A stretch of 64,000 nucleotides of DNA from Camelus dromedarius (GCF_036321535.1 NC_087437.1:78556001-78620000), one strand, 5' to 3'. Counted from the stretch's first letter, positions 28,055 through 42,269 are shown. Notes: generated from the letters alone by a model not told the origin. Translations and numbers: made by a program.

Positions 28055-28286
28055 ATGAAGAGTAAGCTTTAAGATTAGATATGTATGGGTTCAAATTCCA
28101 TTCTCCCACTTACTAAATAAGTGACTTCAGGTAAATCATGTAAACTTTACTTTTAAATTTCCTCATTTGTAGAAATAAAGTTATTATCAGGATATAATTC
28201 ATTAGGTAATTTTGAAAATATAATGAGATAATGGATGAAAGTGTTAAGCAACATTCTTGGAACAAAGTAAATACTCAATAAACATA

Positions 28287-28287
<1 letters not shown>
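28055..28287 (+). mobile_element. MIR SINE
   Basis: GGGTTCAAATTCCATTCTCCCACTTACTA...TTCCTCATTTGTAGAAAT core. Confidence 0.8.

Positions 28288-28350
<63 letters not shown>
28288..28350. repeat. (ATT)n microsatellite (~21 units) at the MIR tail
   Basis: Directly visible in the sequence. Confidence 0.97.
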
Positions 28351-28974
28351 TAGGGGCATGTTTTTATTCTGCGTGGTATAATATGTCTTTCCCATCCTGT
28401 TAAATCATTGTTTTTTTTTATTATAGTATCTGTATTATACTTAATTTATGTTCCAAACCAAACTTGAACTTTTGCTTGACCAGAAAAGCTACACAATGTG
28501 CTTATTTAATTGAATTGTCAATTGGATTCTTCAGTCACTAATATATTTCCATTAGTTGGCTTATAAAGTTATCTCCAAAGGGCAGTGCCCTGAGAGAATA
28601 TGATGTAACAAAGGAGTTTTGATGAGGAAGGATAAAAAAATCTCTTGAATGAGGTGTTTCAGCAAACACAGGATTCAGTAGGTGCCTGTAACAATCCAGA
28701 GGCTTAGCATAAGGCAAAGTAATGCCAGGGAAAAGGTATAATGAGAAAGAAGGTGAAAGACACTTTAAGTTTGCCTACATTAGGAGTGGAAGTCTTGGTT
28801 ACATATAAATGTAGTCTAAATTTCTCAGCAAATCCCATATCCTACATCACTTTAGAAAATAATAGGGTAGAATTTATCTAATATTTTTATAAGCTTGCAA
28901 TTATTCTGAAGTCAGTTTTCTCCTCTCCCTCTTCCCAACCATCATAGAGCACTATAAACTATACTGAAAACAGA

Positions 28975-30880
28975 CTTGATTTGTTTTAATTTTGGTAAAA
29001 TATACACAACATAAATTTTTCTATTTTAATCACGTTAAAGTGTACAATTCAGTGGTATTAACTATATTCACAATGCTGTGTAACTATCACTACTATCTAG
29101 TTCCAGGACATTTTCATCACCCTAAACAGAAGCTTTCTACCCATAAGCAGCCACTCTATATTTGCCCTTCCCACAGTCCCTCACAAACAGTACTGTTTTC
29201 TGACTCAATAGATTTAACGATTTGGGATATTTCTTATAAATCTAGTCAACAAGATAAGTAGCTTTTGTGACTGGATTCTTTAGTTTAGCATAATGTTTTC
29301 TTGGTCTGTCCATGTTGTATTATGCAGTAGTATTTCATTCCATTTTATAAGTGAGTAGTAGTATTCCTCCACATGGATATACCACATTTTGTTTATCCAT
29401 TAATCCACTGATGGGCATTTGGGTTGTTTCCACCTTTTGGCTATTTGAATAGTGGTACTACGCACATTTGTGTACAAGTTTGATTTGAACACTTCCTTTC
29501 CATCCTTTTGGGTATATATCTAGGAGAGTATTTGGTGAGTTCATGATAATTCTATCTTTAATTTGTTGAAGAACTTATGGTTGTTTCCCACAGCAGCTGA
29601 ACCATTTTATTTTCCCACCAGCAATGAATGAAGGTTCCACATTTTCTACTTCTTTGCCAACACATTTTCTTTTTCTTTATTATAACCAATAATAGTGGCT
29701 GTGAAGTGGTACCTTACAGTGGTTTTGATTTGCACTTTTCTAATGACCAAATATTGTACATCTTTTATTATGCTTGTTGGCCATATGTATATAATTTGAA
29801 CATTGCTTTTATCTTAAAAATATTGTCTTTCAACCCATGAACATGGAATATTTCTAGATTTGTTTATGTCTTCTTTAATTTCTTTCAGCAATGTTTTGTA
29901 GTTTTCAATGTAGAGTTGTTGCATCACTTTGGTTAATCTAATTCCTGGTATTTAATTATTTTTATGCTATTGTAGATGGAATTGCTTTCTTAATTTCCTT
30001 TTTGGTTTGTTCACTGCAAGTGTATAGAATTACAACCGATTTTTGAGTGTTGACCTTGTATTTCACAATTCTGTTGAATTCATTTATTAGAGCTAACAGT
30101 TTCTTTGTGCTAATTATAATATTTTCTATATATAAAATCATGTTATCTAAAAATAGAGATAGTTTTACTTCTGTTGTATTTGGATGCCGCTTATTTTTAT
30201 TGTCATGCTCTGGCCAAAACTTCTAGTACCATTTTGAATTGAAGTGTTGAAAACAAGTATCTGACCTTGATATCCTTGTAATACTGGCTTCATAGAATGA
30301 GTTAGAAAGGCTTCCTTCCTCGTCTATTTTTTGGAAGGGTTTCAGATGAACTGGATTTAGTCCTTCTTTAAATGTTTGGCAGAATTCATCAGTGAAATCT
30401 TTTTATTCTGGCATTTATTATTATTTTTTAAATAACTGATTCAATTTCTTTATTTTGCATAGTTCTATTCAGATTTTCTGTTTTTTCCTTAGTCTGTTTT
30501 GTTTTCCAAATTTGTTGGTGTAAAAGTGTTCACAATACTCTCTTAAAATTCTTTTTACTTCTCTAAGGTAGGTAGTAGTATCTCTAATTGCATTTCTGAT
30601 TTTAGTAGTATGTATCTCCCTTGCTTTTGGTCAATATACCTAACAAAATCAGTTTGCCATTTTTATTGATCTTTTCAAGTAAAACTTTTTTTGTTGTTTT
30701 ATTTGTTGTTTTTCTATTTCCCATTTTATTTATTTCCACTTTCATCATTATTATTCCTTTTAGTCTGGTAGCTTTGAGCTTAGCTTTCCTTTCTTTTTCT
30801 GTAAAGTAAGTTATTGATTTGAGATTTTTCTTTTTTTAATGTAGATGTCTAGAGCTATATATTTTATTCTGAATACTGCC
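28975..30880 (-). mobile_element. L1MB-like fragment: 3' UTR plus internally deleted ORF2 pieces
   Basis: Antisense L1MB 3' end (TTAAAGTGTACAATTCAGTGGTATTAA...) followed by non-contiguous ORF2 relics. Confidence 0.85.
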
Positions 30881-30949
30881 ATATGTATATCTTGGTGATG
30901 TGTCTGTTAATCTCTTAGGAGGTAAGTTCACCTGACCTTTTTTTTTCTT

Positions 30950-31720
30950 TTGTGGATCATGCACTTAAACATTCATCACCAAAACCAAAGTTGTAAAGAT
31001 TTTCTCCTATGTTTTCTGCAGGATGTGCTATACTTTTGCATCTCATAGTAAGTCTATGTTCCATTTCTAGCTAATAATTGTCAAAGGCATATGGTCTATG
31101 TCTAGGTATTTTTTCTTTTGCATGAAACATTTCTAATTACTCTGACACTGTTTGAAAAGACTATCCTTTTGCTCTTTGTCAAAGATCAGTTGGCTATATT
31201 CATGTGGGTCTATTTGTGAGCTTTTTATTCTGTTCCATTTATCTTTGTGTTTCTTTTTTCTCTAATAGCATGCTCTCTTGATAACTATAGCCATAGAATA
31301 AGCTGTAATATCAGATAGTGTGAATCATCCAATTGTCATCTTCTCTTCCCCCTTCCCCTTTTTTCCTTCTTTCTCTTCCTCCTTCTCCCCCAGTATTTTG
31401 TTGGCTATTCTAGACCCTTTCCCTTTTCATATAAACTTTAGAATCTGTTTGACAATATCTATAAAATAGCTTGCTTGGATTTGGGTTAAGATTGCTTTGA
31501 ATCTATAATCATATGGGAAAACACTGACATCTTAACAATATTGGGTCCAATTCATGAAAAGCATATATAAATATATATATTTATATAATGCATATATATC
31601 TTCTTTGTTTTTTTATGTGTTATAGTTTTCTGTATGCAATTCCAGTATATATTTTGTTAGGTTTATGCCTATGTGTTTCATTTTGGGAGATGTTATTGGA
31701 AATTGTGTTTTTAGAATTTC
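30950..31720 (-). mobile_element. old L1 ORF2 fragment
   Basis: TTTGAAAAGACTATCC...TTTGTCAAAGATCAGTTG...ATTCTGTTCCATT is antisense L1 ORF2. Confidence 0.8.
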
Positions 31721-33856
31721 ATATTATACTTCATCTAAATATACTGAATATGCAAAATGGTGCCTCTTACATAGCAGCTACTAAATAAATGGTAGCTATT
31801 ATTATTTTGCATGGGAAAGTATGATAGAATGTGGGTTGATAGGGAGAAAATAATTCTTAAGAGAAATCAGATTGTTTACCACACTATGCTTGAATGATTT
31901 TTATAACAAATAGGTGTATTCTTATTTTCAATAACCAAACTGATAGGAACTTTAAACTTGGTTAGCAGAACCAGTATGTTAAAATTGTGGATGAACTTGT
32001 CTGATAAATATATTGGGCTTGGTAGTAAAACACAAAATTTATTTCCAGTGATTATTATACACTAAAAAAATACTAATTCTTAAACATAATGTTTAAAGAG
32101 ATTGTAAGAAAATAACTTTTCTTTTATCAAATAATGCTGGTATTACAAAACTCATCATGGATAAAATCAAAGAAGGAAATATACTTATGCCTGAAGAGGG
32201 TTAACTTGGAAAGGGTTGACAGTCTGCCAACCACAGAAAAAGAAGTAGATGGCCTTGTCTTACATTTGTTTCAAGTCAATGGATATGGTTTGATTTGTGA
32301 ACACAATAGCCTTGTTGATGTGGTAGAGATTGTTTGCAAGACTGGAAATGATCACAGAAATAAAAGGGCATGAAACAATATCTAAGGTGTGGTTATCAAA
32401 TTCAGTAATCATTAATTCTGAGTTTTGATTAGTATAGTCCTGGTATCCTAAACCCACGAGGTTGCTCTTCTTTCCTTGACACATCCTGTTGGTTCATGTG
32501 TCTTCGCCAGACATGAAAATCTCCTGTGCTGCCACCAGAAGTCTCATCTTTATTCTGTGGCTACTTTTTTAGCTTCTGTTACTATTGCCACAAAAGGTGC
32601 AAATACTAACCTCACTGCTACTATATTTATTTTCTGTCTTAATGTTATTACAACACTTGCATTACATTCTCAATGAATATCCAGTTTCTTCAAATCCTAC
32701 AATCTCCTCTTTCAAAAAATTTGGCAAGCTACACTTACATTCTTGGATATCTATTCAGTGTAATAAATTCTGTTTATATGACAAATTCCTTTTCCTATAA
32801 GCTAAATTCTAACTCAGTCTCTATTTTTAGAATTTACCATGTGATATAATTCAGCATATAAAGTACAAGCTTGTATCTGTTAAGTATTTGGGGGAAAGCT
32901 TTTTCTTTTTGGGAATAAAACTGACAAATGAGATACTTGCCATCTATTCTATCTTATTATTATCTTCATCAGACATTTGAAGCTACAGACTATCTTATAA
33001 AATATGGAGCATGAAAGAAATGTCAAGGGATTTGCAAAGATGCCAGCAATAAATCAATGCCTGACTGAAGTCAACTATCTCCAGACTTCTATTTATGGGG
33101 AAAAAATCAGGAAAAATAAACCTCTAACTACTTTATTAAGTTCTCTGTTACTTGCATATGACAACAATCTTAATCCAGTTACGTTAACACAGAAATTAAG
33201 TAGTGGTACCTGACTCTGGGCTCTTGGAGTACTGGTGCTCTATCATTAATTTCAAAATGGCTTCTAGGAAGTCTCACTGTTCTGGTGCAAAGAGAGCCTG
33301 TTTTAATTTTCCAGACTGAATATATAGGAGCAATAATGATAATTCAATTATTGAAGATGTCCTTATCTATTTATCAAGTATCTGTTATGACACTTATGGA
33401 AAGAGTTTCAGTTTGTTCAACTTTTAGCTCTTTGTTTCTCTGTTGCCTGAATTTTGACTATCACTGCTAAAGGATGTATTATCAGAAATTTTGATTATAA
33501 AAAGTTTGGTATTGATGATGATTAGAATAGTTCTCAACAAAGTACTGGAAATTGTTAAAATGTCATTTATGAAGACTTTCTAAATACCATATAAAATTTA
33601 TATGTTCTAACGTAAGACAAAAAATGGATAAGACATATAATTAATAAAGACATAAGAAAATATCTACTATATAAGTAGTTAGAAAGATAGATAAATAGAC
33701 AGACAGACAGACATGCATGATTTAATCTAATATGTTGACCAAAAACAGGCTGGAAAACAGGCTCTATCTTGAAACACTACAGAATATTTTTTTCATTCTT
33801 CTTTATATTTTTCTAATTTTCTAATTTTCCTGCTGCTGGTCTAATCAGAAATAAGG

Positions 33857-34810
33857 TGTAGAAATCAATTATCGTTGTGGTACAAACCACTGCAAAGTCT
33901 CAGTGGCATTACAATATATTTGTTTGCTGTGGCTGGTGTAACAAAGTGCCACAGTTGGGTAGCTTAAACAACAGCAATGTACCATCTCACAGTTTTGGAG
34001 GCTAAAAGTCTGAGATCAATACAGGGCAGTTCCTTCTGAGGGCTGGGAGGGAGAATGTGCTCCATGCCTTTCCACTAGCTTCTGGTGGTTTGCTGGCAGT
34101 CTTTGGCAGATCTTGGCCTGCACAGGTATCACCCTGATCTTTGTTTTCATCATCACACGGCATTCTCCCTGTACTGATCTCTGTCCAAATTTTCCCTTTT
34201 ACAGGGACACAGTCATACTGGATTAGGACATACTCTCACGGCCTCAACTAAGATGGTACTATTTTAGAGATGAGATATAGCTCTAAAATAGCACCTCATC
34301 TTGACTTGACTATCTGCATAGATCCTATATCCAACTAAGGTCAAATTTACAGGTACTGGGAGTTAGGACTTCAACATATTTTTAGAGGATTCAATGCAGC
34401 CCTAAATAGACAAAAAGCTCTTATTTTGTGTTCCTACCATGTGGTTGTCAGGAAAGCTCTGTGTCAGGCCATCATAGTAGAGGTGGCTGTGGTCCATGCT
34501 GCTCGTCAATGGTTCAGTTAGGCTGACTATGCTGCACAGGAGCCCATTCTTATGCCCAGGCTGAAGACACAGCTAAATCTGAAGGAAGCCCTTCTTGTGG
34601 CATACATGGAAATACAAAAGGAAAAGTCCAAATGGCCAAGCACATCCATTAACACCCCATTCAGCAAAGCAAATCACAAAGCTAAATTCAAAATCAAGGT
34701 GGAAGGAAGTGTACTCTGCCCCTGTGGGACAAACTGCAATGTCACATGGAAAACATTGTAGCTACAGGAAAGGATGAAGAACTAAAAGCAATAATTCCGT
34801 CTATTAGATG
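33857..34810 (-). mobile_element. MLT1H/G-like MaLR solo LTR, split by an MLT1C
   Basis: Outer pieces at 33857-33914 and 34409-34810 carry the ACTGCAATGTCACATGG...AGGATGAAGAA signature. Confidence 0.7.
33915..34408 (-). mobile_element. MLT1C-like MaLR solo LTR (nested)
   Basis: Full-length match to the recalled MLT1C consensus. 5-bp TSD TACAA (33910-33914) / GACAA (34409-34413). Confidence 0.88.
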
Positions 34811-36299
34811 AGGTATTGGTACTGTCAATAAGTTTGCTTTTCACTTATTATGTTTAATCTTTCTCTTTGCATGAAGACTAAAAATTTAGCTGTACTTTAA
34901 AATGTAATTAAATAATATAGGAAAATAATACTCCACATATTAAATTTATATTTTGTAATGATAAACATGCCTAAAATTTTTCTAAATTCTTATATATTAT
35001 TTTGATAACTATCTAGGATTGTACACTTATACAAGTATGACTTGCTTTCCTGTATTTTTAACTTGTAAAGAGACTAAACTATGAATTGTGCATAGATATT
35101 TTGGTTCCATTGTTAAGAATGACTATTAGTCTAAAAACAATCAAGATTCATCTATTTTAGTGATCTTCATGAAAATTACTGCATGGTATCAGCCATACAT
35201 TGGTCTAACTTTCTGGCTCACTTTTACTTTTTAGATAATTTCTAATTCACCTCAAAGTTTTAAAAAAGTGGACAACCCAAACAAACAAAAATCAACAGGT
35301 AGCAGAAGAGAGAGGGAGAGAAAGGGAGAGAGTGACAAAGAGAGAGAAAAGATAAAATAAAAGTAAAGGAAATAAATGTCCTAGATGTCTATAAATAACA
35401 TATTAGAACTTAAATGATAAATGGAAGATACTCAGATATGCATGCATTTGTGTGTTTCTGGGCACTAAAGGTAATTACTCTAATCAAGTTAACTACTTAC
35501 ATGTATTGAGGACATTTTTATCTATTTTCTGGAGATACATAAATTTATTATTTTATGTCAAAACTATGAACATATTCAAACTATACCTTTTTAAACAATA
35601 TTTTGGTTATTGGTTTTCACAACTTGGGTAATACCAGCAGCCACTTCTCCTCTTAACTAGCAGGAATATCTAATGAGATAATTGAACTGGAAGAAAAATA
35701 CTACTTATTTGAAGGTTAGGTGTAATTAGTAGTCAAACAATTTATTTCCAACAAATACTATTTTTCAAAAATCTTGAGTGAAGACAACTAGTATTACCAC
35801 AGGGAGCAGATGAGTTATTACTGCTGCATACCTCACAGCACAAATTTAATGTATGTTTTTTTCCTCTTCTGCTGCAACAGACCTGAGTACTATATATTTC
35901 TTCAATGTCTTTATTTGCAGATTAATGTATATCTATAAAATATGTGTGTTTTTTGTCTACAGATACCCAAATCACTTATAAACTCTAACCCAGCTAACAA
36001 TTTTCAGTCTACTGTTGCAAGATAGGTAATAAACAACTATATACATTTATTTACGTTTCCTATGAAAATATTGCCTTTGGCAATAGAATCATACAAAGTT
36101 CTGTCACTTTGTGACATAATGGTTATTATCTATTTTTTTATCTTTAGTTGTTTTGTAAAGTACTGAATGCTCCTGTGGTTAGGCATACTGTAAATGTGGA
36201 TTAAAAGAACCTGAAATATATTTTAGTATAAAAAAGATAAAATATCCTTTATTCACTGACTGACATCACTTCCTAAAGTAAATCTTTTTGGCTCTAGAT

Positions 36300-37460
36300 T
36301 CAAAATAAATGCAGAATCTAACTCATTTTCATCACTTTACTCCTGGTCAAAGCTACTGTCTTCCCTTACCCAGGTTCTTAAAATAGTACCTTATCCAGCA
36401 GCCAAAGTGGCCTTAAAAAAAATCAGATCACATCATAACTTTACCCAGAACCCTCCAATGTTTCCCAATTTTACATAGACTAAAAATGAAAGTTCTTATT
36501 ATAGCTTCAAGATCTTCCCTGTTCCCACTTCTAGCCCCACTCTTACCATATATTTTCTGATGTCTTCTCCTTCTCTCCTTAACCCTTTCCACATTGATTT
36601 TTCATGTTATTTCTAGAAATGCCAGGTATGCTCCTTAGAGCCTTTCTACTACCTGTTTCTCTGATTGGAATTCTCTTCCTCCATGTATCCATGTAACTCC
36701 TTCAATCACTAATTTCAAGTATATTCTGTATCTTTTCCAGGAGCCTTACTCTCATGAAAAATAGGTAAATATTAACAATTTTTTTTCATTTTTCAGTTTC
36801 ATTAGGTAGAATTGTTACAATTTGACTGCACATACACAATATATTGCATGTAAATATATATATATATATAATATACTGCACATTTTTTTGGTGTACATGT
36901 GTACTGATCATTATTTCTAAGAACTGTTTAGAGCTTTAGCTTTTTAAACTTACAAAATTATCAAAGGAAGAAAGCCAACGACAAAATAAGATATTAACTA
37001 TTTTAAATAGTAACATTCTCTTCCTTGGCTTCCGTGACACTCTCAATTCCTCTTACTTGACATTTTCTTTCTTTTTTTTAAAAAAAAAAATAGCAGTTTT
37101 GCCTCATTTATTATGTTTTAGGGTCTATCTCCCCTAAATAAAATGCTTACTTCTTAGAGGTGGAATTTTTATTTGTTATCTTTACCTGAAGTAACCTCAG
37201 TGCTTAAAACAATGGTTAATATATTCATTGTCATATTTTTTTCACTGTGAGCTGCCACAAGATCTTGTATATATTTCCCTGTGCTATACAGTATAATCTT
37301 GTTTATCTATTCTACATATGCCTGTCAGTATCTACAAATTCTGAATTCCCAGTCTATCCCTTCCCACCCTCCTCCCCCTTGTCAACCACAAGCTTGTATT
37401 CTATGTCTATGAGTCTGTTAATATATAATAGATATTCCATAAGAATTGGTTCACGTAGGA
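36300..37460 (+). mobile_element. L2 fragments, 3' end split by a small L1 insert
   Basis: CAGCAGCCAAAGTGGCCTT...AACCCTCCAATG and TTCCTTGGCTTCCGTGACAC; the L2 tail continues across the insert. Confidence 0.65.
37225..37416 (-). mobile_element. tail-less L1 3' UTR fragment, same subfamily as the full-length L1
   Basis: Reverse complement of ~10750-10955, flanked by GTTAATATAT at 37215-37224 and 37417-37426. Confidence 0.9.
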
Positions 37461-38239
37461 AATAGTGGTTAATCCAAGTCTGCAGAGAACATGAGTGGGA
37501 ACTCTTAAGACATCTTTAAAATGATCTTGGGAGAAGATGTGCTCATCCACATTAAGAGACTAAATGGAATGAGACCAGTGTTGATGTAAAAAATAACACT
37601 TGGATATTTTTAAGCTGTGGCACTTTTACATAGTTACATGTGATTGCCCTTGACTATAAGGATGGAGAAAAATGGCTGAAAATGCAGATACACCGATCAA
37701 TGACATTCAAGAAAATATATGGCCTCCAAGCAATAATAATATATAAAATGTGATAGAGCATTAATAACTGGATGACTAATTTCTAAAATATTATGAATTG
37801 TGATTATAAAATATTTAAATTTCAGAAAATTATAGAGTAAAATATTATATAAATAAATTCATTTGCTTCTCCTTTGCAGCAGCATGAGTAAAATTCTTTT
37901 CTGAAAATCCTAAATATTATAAATTTTCTTAAGTCTGTGAGAAGTTTTATTGTAAGAGAAACAGCAAAGTTTCAATTGTTAGAATCATTAGTGAGACATA
38001 AGAAATGCTGATTTTTATTAAACTTTGATGTTATTTTGTATGGCTACACTCTACATCTGTACTCAAAATAAGACTATAAAAACATTCACTGGAAGGGTCC
38101 TTTTCATATGTCTAAAAATGACTTATCTGAAAAATCCAATGTGCCTGTCCTCAGGATAGTATGCTTAATGTAGAATTTTCCATGAGGGCACAAACTTTCT
38201 ATGATTTACTTTTAAAAACTATTAACATGTATTAAAGTG

Positions 38240-39391
38240 ATATTTAAGAAATACTTCTAAAATATATGTCTACTGTGTTCCAGGTAAATACTGACAACAC
38301 AAACAAAGCTGATGTAATCTAAGCTTAGAGGAAGCTCAAAGTCTATTAAAGAGACAATCAGAACTAAAAAGTATAGAATGATAAGCTGTGATAAATTATA
38401 TGAATGATCACTCTAAGAATGAGACAAGCTAAATTCTTTAAAAAGAGTAGAGATCACTCAAACCAAGAGTTGGAGAAAGTATGAAACAAATAAAAATTAT
38501 GTGCAAAGACTGATATGTGAAAGAATTTGATGTGTTTAGGGGAATGAAAAAAGGCAGGTAGAATGAAAAAACAGAGCAGTAGTATGAGAAAGACCAGATA
38601 AGGAAGAAGGCATATCAAGATGGGTTTAGTGGACCACAAGAAGGAGTTGGTAATTTACACATAATGTTATGAAAAGCCATCATATTATTTTACAGATGAG
38701 AGTGACGTCTTATGTATGCTTTACAAAGTTTATTCTTACTGCTAAGTGGAGAAACAGATGAGGAGGCAAGGGTAGAATCAAAAGCCTAGTAAGGAAAGTA
38801 TTATCATCATCTACAATAGAAATATGGTGGCTAAAAATGAGGTAATGACAGTAGAGACAACTGATAACCTTTGATTATGAGTTGCATACAAGGTGGGGAC
38901 CTAGGGATGTATCCATAATTACTCTAAGATTTCTGGTATGATCACTGGGTAGTAATGATATTTGGATAGTAATGACATTTTCTGACAATTAGGAAAACTG
39001 GTAGACAAACAGGTTTAGATTAGGAAAACTAACACAATCAAAAATTGTTCTTTTTACTTTTGAAATTTAATTTCAAATTACCTTTTAGTCTTTGAGGTAG
39101 ATTTGTCCAACAAGCTGAGGGATATGTGACTCTGGAGCTCAGAGGAAAGATATGGACTAGAGACATAAATTATGGAGTCCTAAATATATAGATGATATTT
39201 AAGTCCAGGAGTAGATAAAATAATCTAAGAAGAAAGTTTATGGAGGAGGAAAAAAGAAGTTATATGTAAAGATAAAGAGTGTCTATAGAAGAAGGATGGA
39301 AACCAAATAGTATCATTTCATAGAAATCATGAGTTACAGTAAAAATGCTGCTGAAAATTCATGTAAAGTGAGACAAAAAAGAGATAACCTT
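38240..39391 (-). mobile_element. L2 fragment
   Basis: Antisense L2 motifs (GGAGCTCAGAGGAAAG...GGACTAGAGACATAAAT; AATGCTGCTGA). Confidence 0.75.
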
Positions 39392-39394
39392 AAG

Positions 39395-39777
39395 GTAATG
39401 GATACTTCACTCAATCACCCAAATCCTCACTCCAGCTTCTGAAAGTGTTGCTGATTGACAGCTCTCAGCTGTCAGCCTTTTTAAGATATGGCTGACAAAA
39501 TCACACATTCTTCCTGAGTAAGCCTAAACCCAATGATTTAGCTACTTGGTTACATATACATTCCTGAAATTTTTCTTCAACTAGAGATCAGAAGGGTCAT
39601 TTCAGTTTCGCAATCCCTTGTTGTGCACCCAAGCTAAAATTTTAGCACTCAGACTAAATTCTTTTTCATTCCAGTCTTAATTTCTTCCCTTCCCTCAAAG
39701 GTATACCTTCTGCAATTAATTTCCTGCATGTCAGTTTCTATCTCGGTGACTGCATTCTAGGTAACTGACCTGTACTA
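39395..39777 (+). mobile_element. LTR16A-like 5' LTR (ERVL)
   Basis: GCTGATTGACAGCTCTCAGCTG, CCAATGA and GAAGGGTCATTTCAG, with the 3' end leading directly into an ERVL internal leader. Confidence 0.75.
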
Positions 39778-42269
39778 GTTGATGATGGTAGTGAGCAGAG
39801 AAAGTGGACATCAAGTTGGGATTTTAGAGTTGTGGAAGACAACCTCATAGGGTAGTAATGGAACACAGATAGCCTGGCATAAGATAGCAGCGCAATTGTT
39901 AAGACTTTTACCTATGGGGAACTGGGATAGAATAATCCATAAAAGGAAATACACTAGCAGGCATAATGTATCATTCGTTTGAGAAATATAAGGAATTAGA
40001 TTGATGGTTTTTGAATTTGGATGGCTTTTGCTGGGGGCACTTTCATGAACTTTGTGAATAAAGATAATGAAAGGCTGAAGGTAATTAATCAGTAATTAAA
40101 GGCTAAATGTGAAAGCCAGAAAGCCTCCTTGGCAGCATATAAAGGTACTGTAGTCTTCTGCAGTTAGAGGGCAGAGAAAGACAAGGATCAGATCCAGATT
40201 TAAGTTTTTGTGCAGCAGAACTTCAATGGAAGTTAAATTTTCAACTGGGCAGGTCTGCTGTGCCACGATCAGAGCTCTGAATGAAGGAAAATGCAACCAA
40301 AGTCACTGAAAGGGAACATCTGGATTAATGCATTAAACACTCAGATTCCCCTGAATTTTCAAATTTGTAGAAGTGGTAGTACAATCCTCCCTCTTAAGGG
40401 CTAACAAACATTCCTTTTTGGAAGATGATGCAAAGGTCTCTGCCCTGCAAGAAAACAACCCAATCCACCAGAGTCATCCTCAACTTTCCCCTGACCGCTA
40501 AGCCAATAACCAGAATTAAGTTACTACCTAACCCATTGGAAAAATCTTTCCGATGGAGAATAGAGGCTATAAATGCTGGACTGGTACCAGGAGGAGCTGA
40601 GAGTGTCTGTAGGTGGGAGACAGAAGATGCTAAATTGAAGGCGACAGAATGTAAAGTTTGATAATGAACATATATAGATATATAAATATGGGAACACTTT
40701 TTTAGTTATACATTAATACTCTACCAAGAACTCCCCTCCAAAATTCAACATGCTGCTGAGATGACTCTTAGAAACTTGGAGAAAATAGAAGCCCATGCAA
40801 AATAAAGTAGAAATGCCAGAACTTTCACAGAAGATGATATAAGAAGGGATCAAAAGGTGTGGAGTTTTAGCCATTCTGGAGAGTGGATGTAATATGTAAG
40901 GCCAGAAAACCCACTAGATGATCATGTTCCACCAGAGGACTTGGAAGACATCAAATGTATAGTAGTAGGAATGGTCTAGTGCAAACAAGAGCTTATTCAC
41001 AGCTATCCTCTCTAACACAAGGCTGATGTAGGAGATGTTGTGACAGATTTGAGCTTTCCACTAGCAATGGGGATCCTAGGAACCTCAACTGCTAAAGTCT
41101 AAGGGGTGGTACTTAACCATCAGAAGCAAGATGGGTACAATAGTCACAATAAATGAGAATACTTGAGTGCCAGCAAGGAGGATTTGCCTTGCAGAGAGGT
41201 AAGAGAATCCTTAATGAAACATGACGTCCCTAAGGCAAGACTGAAAGGCAGCCAACAAAGGTATTTCTTAAAATATTCAGCCCCCCAAAATCAAGAATGT
41301 TTATTCAGGAAGTTGATGACGCTTGCTGCTATAGAAAAGCATGATCTCTTGCCCAGTTTCCAAAATTTAACTATTCAGACATGGAATTCATTGAAGGAAA
41401 GGCAGGTACCTAGGAGAAAGGATTCTGCAGCATTATAGCAGGTGTATAAGGTAAGGAATCTCTCAATGCTTTCTTAAAGGAATGTATAGCTGTTTAGTAA
41501 TTGTTACTGGTGTGAATATCTGGATGTTGAGAGAACTATAGAGGCAAGAACTGATGACTGACATACAGGATTTAAAGGATAATCACTGTACTCATGTTAA
41601 GAGTGGTAGCATATAGGAACCAGGTAATAAACTGATTCCTGGAATAGGGCCAGCTCAGAGTGAGTCACCTGGTGGAGAGATTCTGTGATGGGTATGCCTC
41701 TTGTTCCTCAGTGTATAACTGGAATAGAAACATGAGTGACTGGCACTATCTTGGCTTGTTAGATAAGAGCAATTTTATTGGTAAAGGCCAAGTAAAGGCC
41801 TCTGAAACTGCCCCCTTCCTCATGTCCTAGCCAAAAGAGTAAAATGAGCATGCATTCCTGAGGGAATGGGAGAGATCAGTGTCTCCACTAAAGGATGCAG
41901 GGATGGTGGTTCTCATCATATCACATCATATCACAGTTTAATTCATCCAAGGCACCCGTAGGAAAAACAATTGCTGGAGAATAACAGTTAACTAATGTAA
42001 ATTCAATCAAAAGTTCCAATTGTAGCTCCTGATCTAATAGCTGTATCTTTACTAATGCACATTACCAGAGTCTCAGATATGTGGTTTATGGTCATTGTCT
42101 AATTAATAAATCATATCAAAAAAGAGAATCAAAATAGTTCACACACCGAAGAAAGTAAAAATATGAATTTGAAAAGATATATGCAACTCCATGTTCACTG
42201 AAGCATTATTTACAATAGTCAAGATTTGGGAGCAACCTAAGTGCCCATCAATAAATGAATGGATAAAGA

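Noticed and set aside
28153..28395. Poly-Asn ORF
   Set aside because: It is a translation of the (ATT)n microsatellite.
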